NCBI GenBank assembly: GCA_963708185.1
Contig: OY970195.1
Location: 512,001 to 576,000, forward strand
Length of the DNA stretch: 64,000 nucleotides
Reading direction: 5' to 3'
Source of the DNA: Candidatus Peregrinibacteria bacterium
GTDB taxonomy: Bacteria > Patescibacteriota > Gracilibacteria > UBA1369
Position numbers and translations under genes: made by a program. Below are positions 51,858 through 61,600 of the stretch, one piece after another. Within the stretch, counting starts at the first letter, position 1. Each line of letters starts with the position of its first letter. The notes beneath the pieces were generated by a model. It did not search any database, was not told where the DNA came from, and was given only the letters and a program-made list of their open reading frames with translations.

Positions 51858-52781
51858 ATGTCAGTTTTTAATAGTTTTACACGTCGGTATGCACTTTCTA
51901 AGACGGTGAGGTTTGAGTTGAAGCCGGTTGGAAAAACTCGTATAAATATTGAAAAAGCTAATCCGAAATTTATTCATGATCAAGAAATTGAAGATGCGTA
52001 TCAGGTTTTGAAGCCGGTGTTTGATAAATTACACGAAGAGTTTATTATCTGCACTTTGAATGGTAAGGAGGCGAAGAAATTGGATGTGACGGAATATTTT
52101 AAGTTGTATCAAAAATTGCGAGCAGAGCAGGATAAAGATAAAAAAGACATGATTGAAAAAAATATTGGAAAAAGGGAAGGGGAATTGCGAAAGTTTTTTG
52201 GTGATATTTATGAAAAATCAGGAAAGCAATTTAAGGTAGATGCTATTGACCAAAATGCAAAAAATATGCTTGTTACCAAATTGGCTAATGCTGCAGATGA
52301 TAAAGAACAGAAGAAAATAAAAAAAGAAATAATGAAATTAGAATTTTTAAAAGAGAAAAGTTACAAAGTTTTGACTGAGGCGGGTATTTTGAAATATATC
52401 AAGGCGAGGATTGATCGTTTTGTAGCGATGGAGTTAAAAACGCGTGATGGGAAATTGGTGAATAAGGCGGATTTGGAGAAAGCATTGGGTACGACTCATT
52501 CAAAAGGTGTATTTGAAGGATTTTTCACTTATTTAAGCGGTTTTAATGAAAATCGTGAGAATTATTATTCTACAGATGAAAAAGCGACTGCAGTGGCAAA
52601 TAGAGTGGTTGGTGAAAACTTGCCAAAATTCTGTGATAACGTTTTAGGTTTTGAAAAACAAAAAAATAAATATTTAGGGATTTATAAGTTTTTGGAAGAT
52701 AAAAACATTGCTTTAAAGGGAAAAAGTCAGGATGGTCAAGATATTGATCTGGAACCGACAAGCAGGTTGGTACAAATATGA
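51858..52781 (+). pseudogene. cas12a: Truncated type V-A CRISPR effector Cas12a (Cpf1): WED-I + REC1 only, 307 aa
   Basis: FTRRYALSKTVRFELKPVGKT, Y..LK..FD.LH..FI, F.GF.TY..GF.ENR.N.YS......A.R.V.ENLPKF.DN; about 30% GC. Confidence 0.9.
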
Positions 52782-52947
52782 CCATTAAGAACCCCCAGTT
52801 TAAGAAAGCGCTGGAGAAAAACATAAGTTTGATCATCAATGATCTTGAACGGGACAGGTATAAAGAATATGAGATCTAGCCTCGGGGAAATATGGCTTTC
52901 CTTTCCTTTTTCCGTATACTATAATCACTGTCCAGTAACTTTGAGCC

Positions 52948-53988
52948 ATGTCCAAGAAAGTTCTTATTACCGGGGGGGCCGGGTTTATCGGGAGTAACTA
53001 CGTTCATTATTATGTGGAGCATCATCCCAAGGATGAGGTCGTGGTGCTGGATAAGCTGACCTATGCCGGGAATATGGATAATATTGCTTCGCTCGTGAAC
53101 GCCAAGAAGGTGCGGTTCGTGGGCGGGGATATTGCGGACCAGAACTATATTTCCAGCTTTTTCCAGACCGAGAAGTTCCATACGGTCATCAATTTTGCGG
53201 CGGAGACGCACGTGGACCGCAGTATTATTGATCCGCATATTTTTGTGCAGACCAACGTGATGGGCACGCATAATCTGCTGCTTTCTTCGCGCGATACGGG
53301 CGTCCAGCGCTACCATCAGATCTCCACGGACGAGGTCTACGGCGACCTGGGCGGCTCCAAAGATTACTTTACGGAAAAGACGCCCATCAATCCGAACTGC
53401 CCGTACGCGGCTTCCAAGGCGGCGGCGGATATTCTGGTGATGTCCTATTTTGAGACCTACAAGATGCCGATTACGATTTCCAGGTGCTCCAACAACTACG
53501 GGCCGTACCAGTTCCCGGAAAAGCTGATCCCGTTCTTTTTCCGGCTGGCTTCGGAAGATAAGCCTTTGCCGGTGTACGGCGATGGCCTAAACGTCCGCGA
53601 CTGGCTTTACGTGCTGGACCACTGCAGCGCGATCGATCTGATTGTTTCCAGCGATAAATACGGCGAGGTCTACAATATTGGCGGGCACAACGAATACACC
53701 AATCTGGAGATCACGCGGCATATTCTGAAGTTTCTGGGCAAGGATGAAAACCTCATCACGTTTGTGGAGGACCGCAAGGCCCACGACAGAAGGTACGCGA
53801 TGGACCCTTCAAAAATCGAACGCGAGCTGGGATGGAAGCCTTCGGTGACCTTTGACCAGGGCATCAAGAAGACTTTTGACTGGTACAAAGCGAATCCGGA
53901 ATGGGTGTCGAAACTTTCAGACCGCAACCACAAGGCATTATACAACACCAAGGTCGTGAGCAAGACGCCGCTCAAGACGACGAGATAG
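52948..53988 (+). CDS. rfbB: dTDP-glucose 4,6-dehydratase
   Basis: TGGAGFIG, DKLTYAGN, AAETHVDRS, STDEVYG, YAASK, RDWLYV.DH. Confidence 0.96.
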   Translation: MSKKVLITGGAGFIGSNYVHYYVEHHPKDEVVVLDKLTYAGNMDNIASLVNAKKVRFVGGDIADQNYISSFFQTEKFHTVINFAAETHVDRSIIDPHIFVQTNVMGTHNLLLSSRDTGVQRYHQISTDEVYGDLGGSKDYFTEKTPINPNCPYAASKAAADILVMSYFETYKMPITISRCSNNYGPYQFPEKLIPFFFRLASEDKPLPVYGDGLNVRDWLYVLDHCSAIDLIVSSDKYGEVYNIGGHNEYTNLEITRHILKFLGKDENLITFVEDRKAHDRRYAMDPSKIERELGWKPSVTFDQGIKKTFDWYKANPEWVSKLSDRNHKALYNTKVVSKTPLKTTR

Positions 53989-54008
53989 TTTGAACTGGTG
54001 AACGCGAG

Positions 54009-54188
54009 TTATTTCCAACGGTACAGATGTACGGCGATATACATCGCGAGCAAGCCGAGCAGAAATCCGCCGGAAACCAGCAACGACGTATGGAATGTTG
54101 CCGTCGAGTCCACGAGCCAGGCGACATAGTTGACGATAACGAGCGCGATGATGACGCCGATGATATACACATGGAGAGGTTTTTTCAT
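54009..54188 (-). CDS. Small two-TM membrane protein (59 aa)
   Basis: Hand translation MKKPLHVYIIGVIIALVIVNYVAWLVDSTATFHTSLLVSGGFLLGLLAMYIAVHLYRWK; below the ORF-track cutoff. Confidence 0.65.
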   Translation of the reverse strand: MKKPLHVYIIGVIIALVIVNYVAWLVDSTATFHTSLLVSGGFLLGLLAMYIAVHLYRWK

Positions 54189-54447
54189 GTTTCAAATTTA
54201 GCACGACCAATCCAAAAAGCTCAATGCCTGGACCCGGCCAAACATTGAGCATAGGTGTTTTATCACGCCACACATGACACTTTCACAAACAGATTCCAAG
54301 AAAATATTATGTTGATTTTTCGCTATGGGTAGCGGTAAAATATTGATGTCGACTTTAGTCACCAAATGGCCGGAAAAAAGCTCCCGTCGCGGAGCTTTTT
54401 TAAAAACACTCGATGTGTTATGATTCTGGCGGATTTTTTTAATTTTT

Positions 54448-55050
54448 ATGGAACAAAACGTCGACATACAGGAAATCGACGCGACCGTGGAACGTATTGT
54501 GGAACAGGGTGTTTTGCTTGTTGCCAAGACCAAGCCGTTGTTCAAAGACCATTGGCGGGTGGAAGGGCTGCGGCAGGGTTTTCGGGAAAAAATTCTCAAA
54601 CGTTTTCACAACCCGATTCCGGGGGAAAAAGGCAATCTTGCCATTTCCGTTTCTGATTTTTTGACGGAATGGAACCGGGATATTCTTCAACAGGACGCTT
54701 TTCTGAACTACCAGCAGGTCATGCTTGCCCAGGGCGAAACGCCGTTAAGCGAAGAAGCGTTCCGTCATTCCAATCCTGAACCAATATACTACACCCGCGG
54801 CCGGCACGGCCGCGGCTTCGGGAAACCCGACCGCATTGAGCGCCGGGACTGCCCGGCCGAACATTGGAGGCATATTGCCGAACGGGGCATTGTCCCGGGA
54901 AGAATGGTGGAAGACAACACCGCGTTTTCCGCTTCGAGTCCGAAGCAGATTTTCCGGGTTTCAAAAATCACCCCGCGGTGCAAGGTGATGCTTGAAGGGG
55001 TCGAATACCCCCGGATGCCGCACAAGTTGATGGTGGTCAAAGAGCAATAA
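54448..55050 (+). CDS. Hypothetical protein, paralog of 56494..57009
   Basis: C-terminal WRHIAERGIVPG..V....IFRVSKI...CKVMLE. Confidence 0.7.
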   Translation: MEQNVDIQEIDATVERIVEQGVLLVAKTKPLFKDHWRVEGLRQGFREKILKRFHNPIPGEKGNLAISVSDFLTEWNRDILQQDAFLNYQQVMLAQGETPLSEEAFRHSNPEPIYYTRGRHGRGFGKPDRIERRDCPAEHWRHIAERGIVPGRMVEDNTAFSASSPKQIFRVSKITPRCKVMLEGVEYPRMPHKLMVVKEQ

Positions 55051-55057
55051 CTCCGGG

Positions 55058-55447
55058 TTACATCTTCGGCTGCAAAAGGCTCATCTGGTTGCCTTCCGTG
55101 TCGGTGAACTGTACATACAGGCCTACGCCGGGAATTTCCACCGGCTCGCCGCTGACCGTGCCGCCGGCGTCTTTGACCTTCTGCATGGAAGCATTGATGT
55201 CTTTGACCGCCACGGCGAGGCTGGCGTTCCAGTTGGTTTTTTCGGACTTCTGGAAGAATCCGCCGTTGATGGCTCCGGGCTGTTTGGGCCTGTTTGTCGC
55301 TGGATCCGATTCCGTGGTGGTGGCGAGAACGTAATCGCCCATTTCCGGGCCCATGACCTGGAATTTCCAGTCAAAGCATTTGCCGTAAAAGTCCATCATG
55401 CGTTTTTTGTCGCCCGCCGGCATTTCAAAATGTACGATTGGATCCAT
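55058..55447 (-). CDS. VOC/glyoxalase family protein
   Basis: VHFEMPA.D......FY...F.W, GAINGG, AGG.V.......PG.G....F.DTEGN. Confidence 0.92.
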   Translation of the reverse strand: MDPIVHFEMPAGDKKRMMDFYGKCFDWKFQVMGPEMGDYVLATTTESDPATNRPKQPGAINGGFFQKSEKTNWNASLAVAVKDINASMQKVKDAGGTVSGEPVEIPGVGLYVQFTDTEGNQMSLLQPKM

Positions 55448-55484
55448 AAAAAAAATTAAGTAAGGAAGTAAAAATACCGTTCCA

Positions 55485-56408
55485 TTATTCCAGACCGGCG
55501 GCCCGGCGCAAAGCCTGGATGTCGAGTTTTTTCATTTTGAGCATGGCGGCGGTGGCTTTTTCACCGTTCGGGCCACTGAAGATCTTGCTGATCTCCGTGG
55601 GCACGACCTGCCAGGACACGCCGTATTTGTCCTTGAGCCATCCGCACTGCTGGGCCTTGGGATCGCCGCCTTCGGTGAGCTTGTCCCAGTAACGGTCAAC
55701 CTCCTCCTGGGTATCGCAGTTGATAACAAAAGAGGTTGCTTCCGTGATGGTGAATTTATGATCAAGACCGCTTTCCAACGCCATGAACTGCTGGCCGTTC
55801 AACAAAAAAACGGCGTGGCTTATTGTCCCCTCTTTTTCCAGCTCGCCCGGGCCCGCGCGGAAAATGTTGACGATTTTTGAATCCGGAAAAACCGAACAGT
55901 AAAATTTCATTGCTTCCTCGGCTTTGCCCAACTGCGCTCCAATGAACATAATGAACGGGGAGATTTTCTGCGGGACTTCATTAAGGATGAGCTGCCAGGA
56001 TACGCCGTATTTGTCCTGGATCCAGCCGTATTTTTTACTGAACGGATACTCGCCGAGTTCCATAAGGGCTTTCCCTCCATCGGAAAGTTTGGCCCAGAGT
56101 TCATCCACTTCCTGAGCCGTTTCACATTCCACGGTAAAGGACACCGCGGGGGTGAAGGTAAAGACCGGTCCCCCGTTCAGGGCCGAAAAACGCTGGCCGC
56201 ACAGTTCGAACTCCACCGTCATCACGGAACCTTCCGGCCGTCCGGAAACTTTTTCGACCTCCTTGCCCTGGTAGCGGGTGGTGTTCAGGATTTTCGAGTT
56301 CTTGAAAGCGGAGACGTAAAAGTTGGCCGCCTCCTCGGCCTGGTCGTTGAACCACAAAAACGGGGTGATTTTCTGCATGGGGATTTGGAAAGAAGTAGCG
56401 TTGCTCAT
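55485..56408 (-). CDS. Tandem PhnB-like VOC protein (3-dmu-9_3-mt family)
   Basis: QKITPFLWF..QAEEA..FY, DKYGVSWQ twice, CGWLKD, MKKLDI. Confidence 0.92.
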   Translation of the reverse strand: MSNATSFQIPMQKITPFLWFNDQAEEAANFYVSAFKNSKILNTTRYQGKEVEKVSGRPEGSVMTVEFELCGQRFSALNGGPVFTFTPAVSFTVECETAQEVDELWAKLSDGGKALMELGEYPFSKKYGWIQDKYGVSWQLILNEVPQKISPFIMFIGAQLGKAEEAMKFYCSVFPDSKIVNIFRAGPGELEKEGTISHAVFLLNGQQFMALESGLDHKFTITEATSFVINCDTQEEVDRYWDKLTEGGDPKAQQCGWLKDKYGVSWQVVPTEISKIFSGPNGEKATAAMLKMKKLDIQALRRAAGLE

Positions 56409-56493
56409 CTTAACCGGAAACCTTAATTTTTGCCAAAAAATAATGATATGTTATGCTTCCGGCAGTTTTTTACGGATTTATCACTTTCTTGCG

Positions 56494-57009
56494 ATGGCAC
56501 AAGGTTCCGATATGGTTGCACATGACGGACTCGAACAACTTTTTGAGGAAAGAATCCCGCGCATTATCCCCGCGGAACGCGTGGAGGAGTTTTATCCCGC
56601 ATTGGCTGAAGCGGTCGAACATACCCGCGAGCGTATTCAACGGCTCCAGGAGCACGGTATGGAAGTGATCCCGGTGGAGCAAGTGGATTCAACGCTGAAA
56701 AACTGGAAAAAAGGTGATCCTAAAATCAGCGCGTACGGCCGTTTTTTCCGCTACATGAAAAACAACGGCGTGGTTCCGGCGAGGATTTATAAATTCGCCT
56801 ATTTCCGCAAGGATTCGCCCCGCGCCCAGGTTTTTCAACGATGGTCGCACATTGAGCGGAAGGGTTTGTGGCCGGGGGCCAAAGTTGTTTTTAAAGGCAT
56901 CCCGGATGAAATTTTTACGGTGGCTAAGATCGAACTGGACTGCAAACTTTTCCTGGAGGAACTTCCCGGCGACAGCGTTGACAGCCGCGAATGCATGCCG
57001 GTGAGGTGA
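56494..57009 (+). CDS. Hypothetical protein, paralog of 54448..55050
   Basis: Start chosen at ATG 56494; WSHIERKGLWPG..V....IFTVAKI...CKLFLE. Confidence 0.7.
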   Translation: MAQGSDMVAHDGLEQLFEERIPRIIPAERVEEFYPALAEAVEHTRERIQRLQEHGMEVIPVEQVDSTLKNWKKGDPKISAYGRFFRYMKNNGVVPARIYKFAYFRKDSPRAQVFQRWSHIERKGLWPGAKVVFKGIPDEIFTVAKIELDCKLFLEELPGDSVDSRECMPVR

Positions 57010-57093
57010 GTGATAAAGCGCTCCAAAGCCGCTCTTTTCGTTTATGCGAGCGCGTGCTATGATAGCTCGTGATTTACTCTCGTGTTTTTTGTT

Positions 57094-58875
57094 ATGCGTT
57101 ACTCAAAGTTTTTCGGAAAGACCAGTATGTCGGTTCCCCACGACGCCGACAGCGTGAATGCCAAGCTGCTGACGCAGGGGGGTTTTGTGGACAAGATGGC
57201 TGCGGGCATCTACAACTACCTGCCGCTCGGCAAAAGAGTTTTGGATAAAATCATCCAGATCATCCGCGAAGAGATGAACGCCGTGGACGGCCAGGAAATT
57301 GCCATGCCGGCGCTCCACCCCATCGAACTGTGGGAGCAGACCGGCCGCAACGTGACCGCGGACGCCATTTTGTACCGAACCAAGGGCGCCGGCGACAAGG
57401 ATTTCGTGTTCGCGCCGAGTCATGAAGAAGCCGTCACTCCTCTTGCCAAGAAATACGTCCAGTCCTACAAAGACCTGCCCTTGAGCGTGTACCAGTTCCA
57501 GACGAAGTTCCGCAACGAACCACGCGCCAAGTCCGGCGTTTTGCGCGGACGCGAGTTCGGCATGAAAGACATGTACAGTTTCCATGTTTCCGACGACGAC
57601 CTGGATCAGTACTATGAACGCGCCAAGCAGGCATACCTCAACGTCTACATGCGCTGCGGTGTCAAAGCGTACGTGGTGGAAGCCTCCGGCGGTATTTTCT
57701 CCGACAAGATTTCCCACGAGTTTTCAGTGGTCACTCCGGCGGGTGAAGACACGATCCTCGTCTGCAACAAGTGCAACATCGCCCAGAATCTTGAAATCGC
57801 CGAGGGCAAAATCCACAACCCGCACGATCCCGAAGAAAAAGAACTTCCGATGAAGGAAGTGGAAATGGAACGCGGTCCTTCGGTGGAAGAAAACGCCAAA
57901 GCGCACAAGGTACCTGCTTCAAAAATTCTCAAGAGCGTTGTCTATAAACTCCAGAGCGGCGGGCGCATCGGCGTGTGCATCCGCGGTGACCTGCAGGTCA
58001 ACGAACACAAACTTTCCAAATACGTGGGGTCGGAAGTGCATCCCGCCTCAAAAGAAGATCTCGCTGCGATCGGCCTCATCCCGGGATTTATTTCTCCGGT
58101 GGGTCTGCCCAAAGTTGAGGGCGGTTTGAAACATGCGGCCGAGGTCAAAGGAAACGACAAAGGGGTGAAAGAGGTCGTGCACGGCAACACCGCGCTGCCG
58201 TTCATCGGCGACCAGTCGATCCGCAACGTCAAAAACTTCGTGACCGGGGCCAATAAAAGGAATCTCGACCTGGTGAACGTGAACCTCGGCCGCGACTTTA
58301 CGGTTGAGGAGTTCGTGGACGTGGTTTCGATCGAAGCCGGGTTCGCCTGCTCGAAGTGCGACTCCAAACTTGAAGAGGTTACGGCGATCGAAGCCGGCAA
58401 CATTTTCAAACTCGGCACTAAATATTCCGAAGCGTTTGATCTGAACTTCACCGACGAAAAGGGCAAACGGCAGCTGGTCACGATGGGATGCTACGGCATC
58501 GGCACCACCCGTCTGGTGGGAACGATCGTGGAAGCCAGCCACGACGAAAAGGGCATCATTTGGCCAAAATCAGTTGCTCCGTTCCATGTGCATCTTATCG
58601 CGCTCGGTGCGGAGAAAGATTCTGAAGTGAAAAAAGAGGCCGAAAAACTGTACGAAACGATGATGAAGGAGCATGTGGAAGTCCTCTATGACGACCGCGA
58701 CGAATCCGCGGGCAAGAAGTTCAATGATGCGGACCTTATCGGCATTCCTTTGCGCATCGTCATCAGCAGCCGCACCCTCAAGGAACAGAGCGTTGAGTGG
58801 AAAATGCGCAGCGAAAAAGACGGTCACAACATCAAGCTCAACGATGTGATGATCGAGATCAAGAGTTGGTTATAG
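57094..58875 (+). CDS. proS: Proline--tRNA ligase (bacterial type with INS editing domain)
   Basis: GIYNYLPLG, PSHEE, KFRNEPR...G.LRGREF.MKD.YSF, GNIFKLGTKYS, MGCYGIG, DADLIGIP. Confidence 0.96.
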   Translation: MRYSKFFGKTSMSVPHDADSVNAKLLTQGGFVDKMAAGIYNYLPLGKRVLDKIIQIIREEMNAVDGQEIAMPALHPIELWEQTGRNVTADAILYRTKGAGDKDFVFAPSHEEAVTPLAKKYVQSYKDLPLSVYQFQTKFRNEPRAKSGVLRGREFGMKDMYSFHVSDDDLDQYYERAKQAYLNVYMRCGVKAYVVEASGGIFSDKISHEFSVVTPAGEDTILVCNKCNIAQNLEIAEGKIHNPHDPEEKELPMKEVEMERGPSVEENAKAHKVPASKILKSVVYKLQSGGRIGVCIRGDLQVNEHKLSKYVGSEVHPASKEDLAAIGLIPGFISPVGLPKVEGGLKHAAEVKGNDKGVKEVVHGNTALPFIGDQSIRNVKNFVTGANKRNLDLVNVNLGRDFTVEEFVDVVSIEAGFACSKCDSKLEEVTAIEAGNIFKLGTKYSEAFDLNFTDEKGKRQLVTMGCYGIGTTRLVGTIVEASHDEKGIIWPKSVAPFHVHLIALGAEKDSEVKKEAEKLYETMMKEHVEVLYDDRDESAGKKFNDADLIGIPLRIVISSRTLKEQSVEWKMRSEKDGHNIKLNDVMIEIKSWL

Positions 58876-58891
58876 TCATAATTTTTTCACC

Positions 58892-59749
58892 ATGCGCGTC
58901 CTCATCCTGGGAAAAAACGGCATGCTCGGCCACGACCTCATCAAGGTTTTTTCGAAGGACGACGTCATCGCGCTCGGTTCCGCCGACCTGGACATCACCG
59001 ACCAGGAACGTGTTTTTGAGGAGTTCATGACGATCCAGCCCGACGTGGTCATCAACGCCACGGGCTACACCAACGTGGATCTGGCCGAAAAAGAGGAAGA
59101 AAAAGCCAACGAGGTCAACGGCTACGCTGTGGGCATTCTGGCCAAAGCCGCCCGTGAGATCGGTGCCAGTCTGGTGCACTTCAGCACGGACTATGTTTTC
59201 GACGGAACGAAAAAATCCGGTTATAAAGAGGAGGAAGTCCCCTCTCCGCTCAACGCCTACGGCCGTTCCAAGGACCTCGGAGAAAAACTGCTCGTGGAGG
59301 AAATGGAACTGCAGGAGGATATGTACGAGCCGGAAGGGAAATACTTTTTGATCCGCACATCCTGGCTTTTCGGAAAACACGGGAAGAATTTTGTGGACAC
59401 CATGCTCAAACTCGGCAAGGAACAGAAAGAGCTCAAAGTCGTCAACGACCAGCACGGAAAACCCACCTATACTTTGGATCTGGCCAGACAGGTCAAATTC
59501 CTTTTGGACACGCGTGAATACCCCTCCGGCATCTACCACGTGACGAACGAGGAGGAGACGACCTGGTATGACTTTGCCGAGGCTATTTTTGGGTTGTACA
59601 AGACCAGGGTCAATGTGGTATCATGCACCTCCAAGGAGTACGAAAGGCCGGCCAAAAGGCCCCAGTATTCCACCCTCATCAACACCAAGCTTCCCCCGCT
59701 CCGTCCCTGGAAAGAAGCTTTGGCCGAATATTTATCCGACAAATCATGA
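58892..59749 (+). CDS. rfbD: dTDP-4-dehydrorhamnose reductase
   Basis: G.NGMLG, YTNVD.AE, STDYVFDG, YGRSK, RTSWLF, DQ.G.PT. Confidence 0.93.
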   Translation: MRVLILGKNGMLGHDLIKVFSKDDVIALGSADLDITDQERVFEEFMTIQPDVVINATGYTNVDLAEKEEEKANEVNGYAVGILAKAAREIGASLVHFSTDYVFDGTKKSGYKEEEVPSPLNAYGRSKDLGEKLLVEEMELQEDMYEPEGKYFLIRTSWLFGKHGKNFVDTMLKLGKEQKELKVVNDQHGKPTYTLDLARQVKFLLDTREYPSGIYHVTNEEETTWYDFAEAIFGLYKTRVNVVSCTSKEYERPAKRPQYSTLINTKLPPLRPWKEALAEYLSDKS

Positions 59750-60516
59750 AAGGAGTTCTCCTCGCAGGCGGAAACGGGCGCAGGCTCAATCCCCTCACCG
59801 ACATCACCAACAAACATCTGCTTCCGGTCTATGACCGTCCGATGATCGTGTACCCTTTACAGACCCTCGTGAACGCCGGCATCGATGAGATCCTGGTTGT
59901 CAGCGGCAAGGATCACGCCGGCGGATTCCTGAAACTTCTGGGTTCCGGCCGCGACTATAACTGCACCCTGTGGTATGAGATCCAGGAAGAAGCCGGCGGT
60001 ATCGCGCAGGCTCTAGGTCTCGCCGAAAAGTTTGCCGACGGAGACAACATTGCCGTCATTCTCGGTGACAATATTTTCGAGGATTCTTTCAAGAAAGATA
60101 TCGAAGAGTTCGAAAAAGAAAAAGGCGCGAGAATCTTTTTGAAACAGATCAAAGACGCGCGACGCTTTGGCGTGGCGGAACTTGAGGGCGACAAGATCAT
60201 GAACATCGAGGAAAAACCTGAGAAACCCAAGAGCGATCTGGCCGTCACCGGATTTTATCTTTTCGACAACGACGTCTTCAACGTCATCACAACGCTCAAA
60301 CCTTCCGGTCGCGGCGAACTGGAAATCACCGACGTCAACAACCACTACATCAAAGAGGGCAAGATGAAAGCCCACGTCGTGAAGGGAAACTGGACCGACG
60401 CCGGAACCTTCGAAAGTCTGTACCGCGCCAACCGCATCGCCCGCAATATTGCTCTTTCCCGTGAAGGGCTGACCCACGAACAGATTTTACAACGCGACAC
60501 CGAACTGTTAGAGTAG
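59746..60516 (+). CDS. rfbA: Glucose-1-phosphate thymidylyltransferase (RmlA-like, short form)
   Basis: LAGG.G.RL.PLT...NKHLLPVYDRPM, LGDNIF, EKP..PKS, PSGRGELEITD; ATGA overlap with rfbD stop. Confidence 0.9.
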   Translation: MKGVLLAGGNGRRLNPLTDITNKHLLPVYDRPMIVYPLQTLVNAGIDEILVVSGKDHAGGFLKLLGSGRDYNCTLWYEIQEEAGGIAQALGLAEKFADGDNIAVILGDNIFEDSFKKDIEEFEKEKGARIFLKQIKDARRFGVAELEGDKIMNIEEKPEKPKSDLAVTGFYLFDNDVFNVITTLKPSGRGELEITDVNNHYIKEGKMKAHVVKGNWTDAGTFESLYRANRIARNIALSREGLTHEQILQRDTELLE

Positions 60517-60539
60517 CCGCGTATTTTTCGTGCAACCCT

Positions 60540-61484
60540 ATGTCGCGCATTCTGGTTTCAGGTTCGCTGGCTTACGACCACGTGATGAATTATGACGGGC
60601 TTTTCAAGAACGTCATTCTTCCTTCCAAACTCGACCATCTGAGCGTGGCTTTTACGGCTTCAAAAAAAACGGTGAACTTCGGCGGATGCGCCGGTAACAT
60701 CGCCTACACCCTGAAGCTTTTCGGCTTGAACCCGCTGATACTCGCCGCCGTGGGGAGCGATTTTGCCGCATACGACAAATGGCTTAAACAGTGTGGCATC
60801 GACACCTCGGCACTGTTCCGGCATTCGGAAGTTCTCACGGCGAGCGCCACCATCATCACGGATCAGGAACAAAACCAGATCACGATTTTTTACGGAGGAG
60901 CAATGAGTTTCGCCCCGCACGTTTTGAGCGTCCGCGACCACAAGTACGACGGTCTGGATCTTGCCATCATCGCTCCGGACGATCCGCAGCGCATGGTGCG
61001 TCTGGCCAAAGAATGCAAAGAGATGAACATTCCCTATATTTTCGATCCGTCGCAGGCGCTGACGAACATGACGGTACCGGGTTTGCAGGAAGCCTTGAGC
61101 GGAGCCGCCATTTTGATCGGCAACGAGTACGAAGTGGAGCTTATCTGCAAGATGCTCGGCACGACCAAAGATCACCTGCCGGAACTTGTCCCGACGTTTA
61201 TCGAAACCTACGGAGCCAAAGGCTCGAGCATTGTTTCTCCGGAAGGGATGTTTTTCGTCAAAGCGGTGCAACCGGGAAAAATCGCCGATCCGACCGGATG
61301 CGGCGACGCTTTCCGCGCTGGCGTGCTTGCGGGTATGCAGATGAAACTCGGCATTGAAAAAGCCTGCCGGATCGGCGCGCTTGCCGCCACCTATTCCCTG
61401 GAACACGAAAGCACGCAGGGTCACACCTTTACCGTTGAAGCGTTTAAAAAAAGAATGGAAGACGATTACGGTGAAAGTTTTTAA
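60540..61484 (+). CDS. PfkB-family carbohydrate/nucleoside kinase (adenosine kinase-like)
   Basis: GSLAYD, GGCAGNIAY, NEYE, DPTGCGDAFRAG. Confidence 0.9.
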   Translation: MSRILVSGSLAYDHVMNYDGLFKNVILPSKLDHLSVAFTASKKTVNFGGCAGNIAYTLKLFGLNPLILAAVGSDFAAYDKWLKQCGIDTSALFRHSEVLTASATIITDQEQNQITIFYGGAMSFAPHVLSVRDHKYDGLDLAIIAPDDPQRMVRLAKECKEMNIPYIFDPSQALTNMTVPGLQEALSGAAILIGNEYEVELICKMLGTTKDHLPELVPTFIETYGAKGSSIVSPEGMFFVKAVQPGKIADPTGCGDAFRAGVLAGMQMKLGIEKACRIGALAATYSLEHESTQGHTFTVEAFKKRMEDDYGESF

Positions 61485-61493
61485 AAAGCGCAC

Positions 61494-61516
61494 AAAAAAA
61501 AGAACGCCGAAGCGTT
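61494..61516 (-). terminator. Terminator ending the Cys-rich lipoprotein transcript
   Basis: Minus strand AACGC-TTCG-GCGTT-CTTTTTTTT. Confidence 0.65.
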
Positions 61517-61586
61517 TGAACTGAGCGCACGGCGCGAAGGCGTAAGCGTGTGGCTTTGCCACCGCTGGAGCGCGTTTAAAAAGAGA

Positions 61587-61600
61587 AAAACTCGCAGAAG
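61587..61600. repeat. Trailer arm of a 14-bp perfect inverted repeat (partner 63076..63089)
   Basis: AAAACTCGCAGAAG is the reverse complement of CTTCTGCGAGTTTT at 63076..63089. Confidence 0.9.

Noticed and set aside
51749-52947. CRISPR array near cas12a
   Set aside because: No regularly spaced repeats and no Cas12a-type AATTTCTACT..GTAGAT repeat seen in the flanks or elsewhere in the window.
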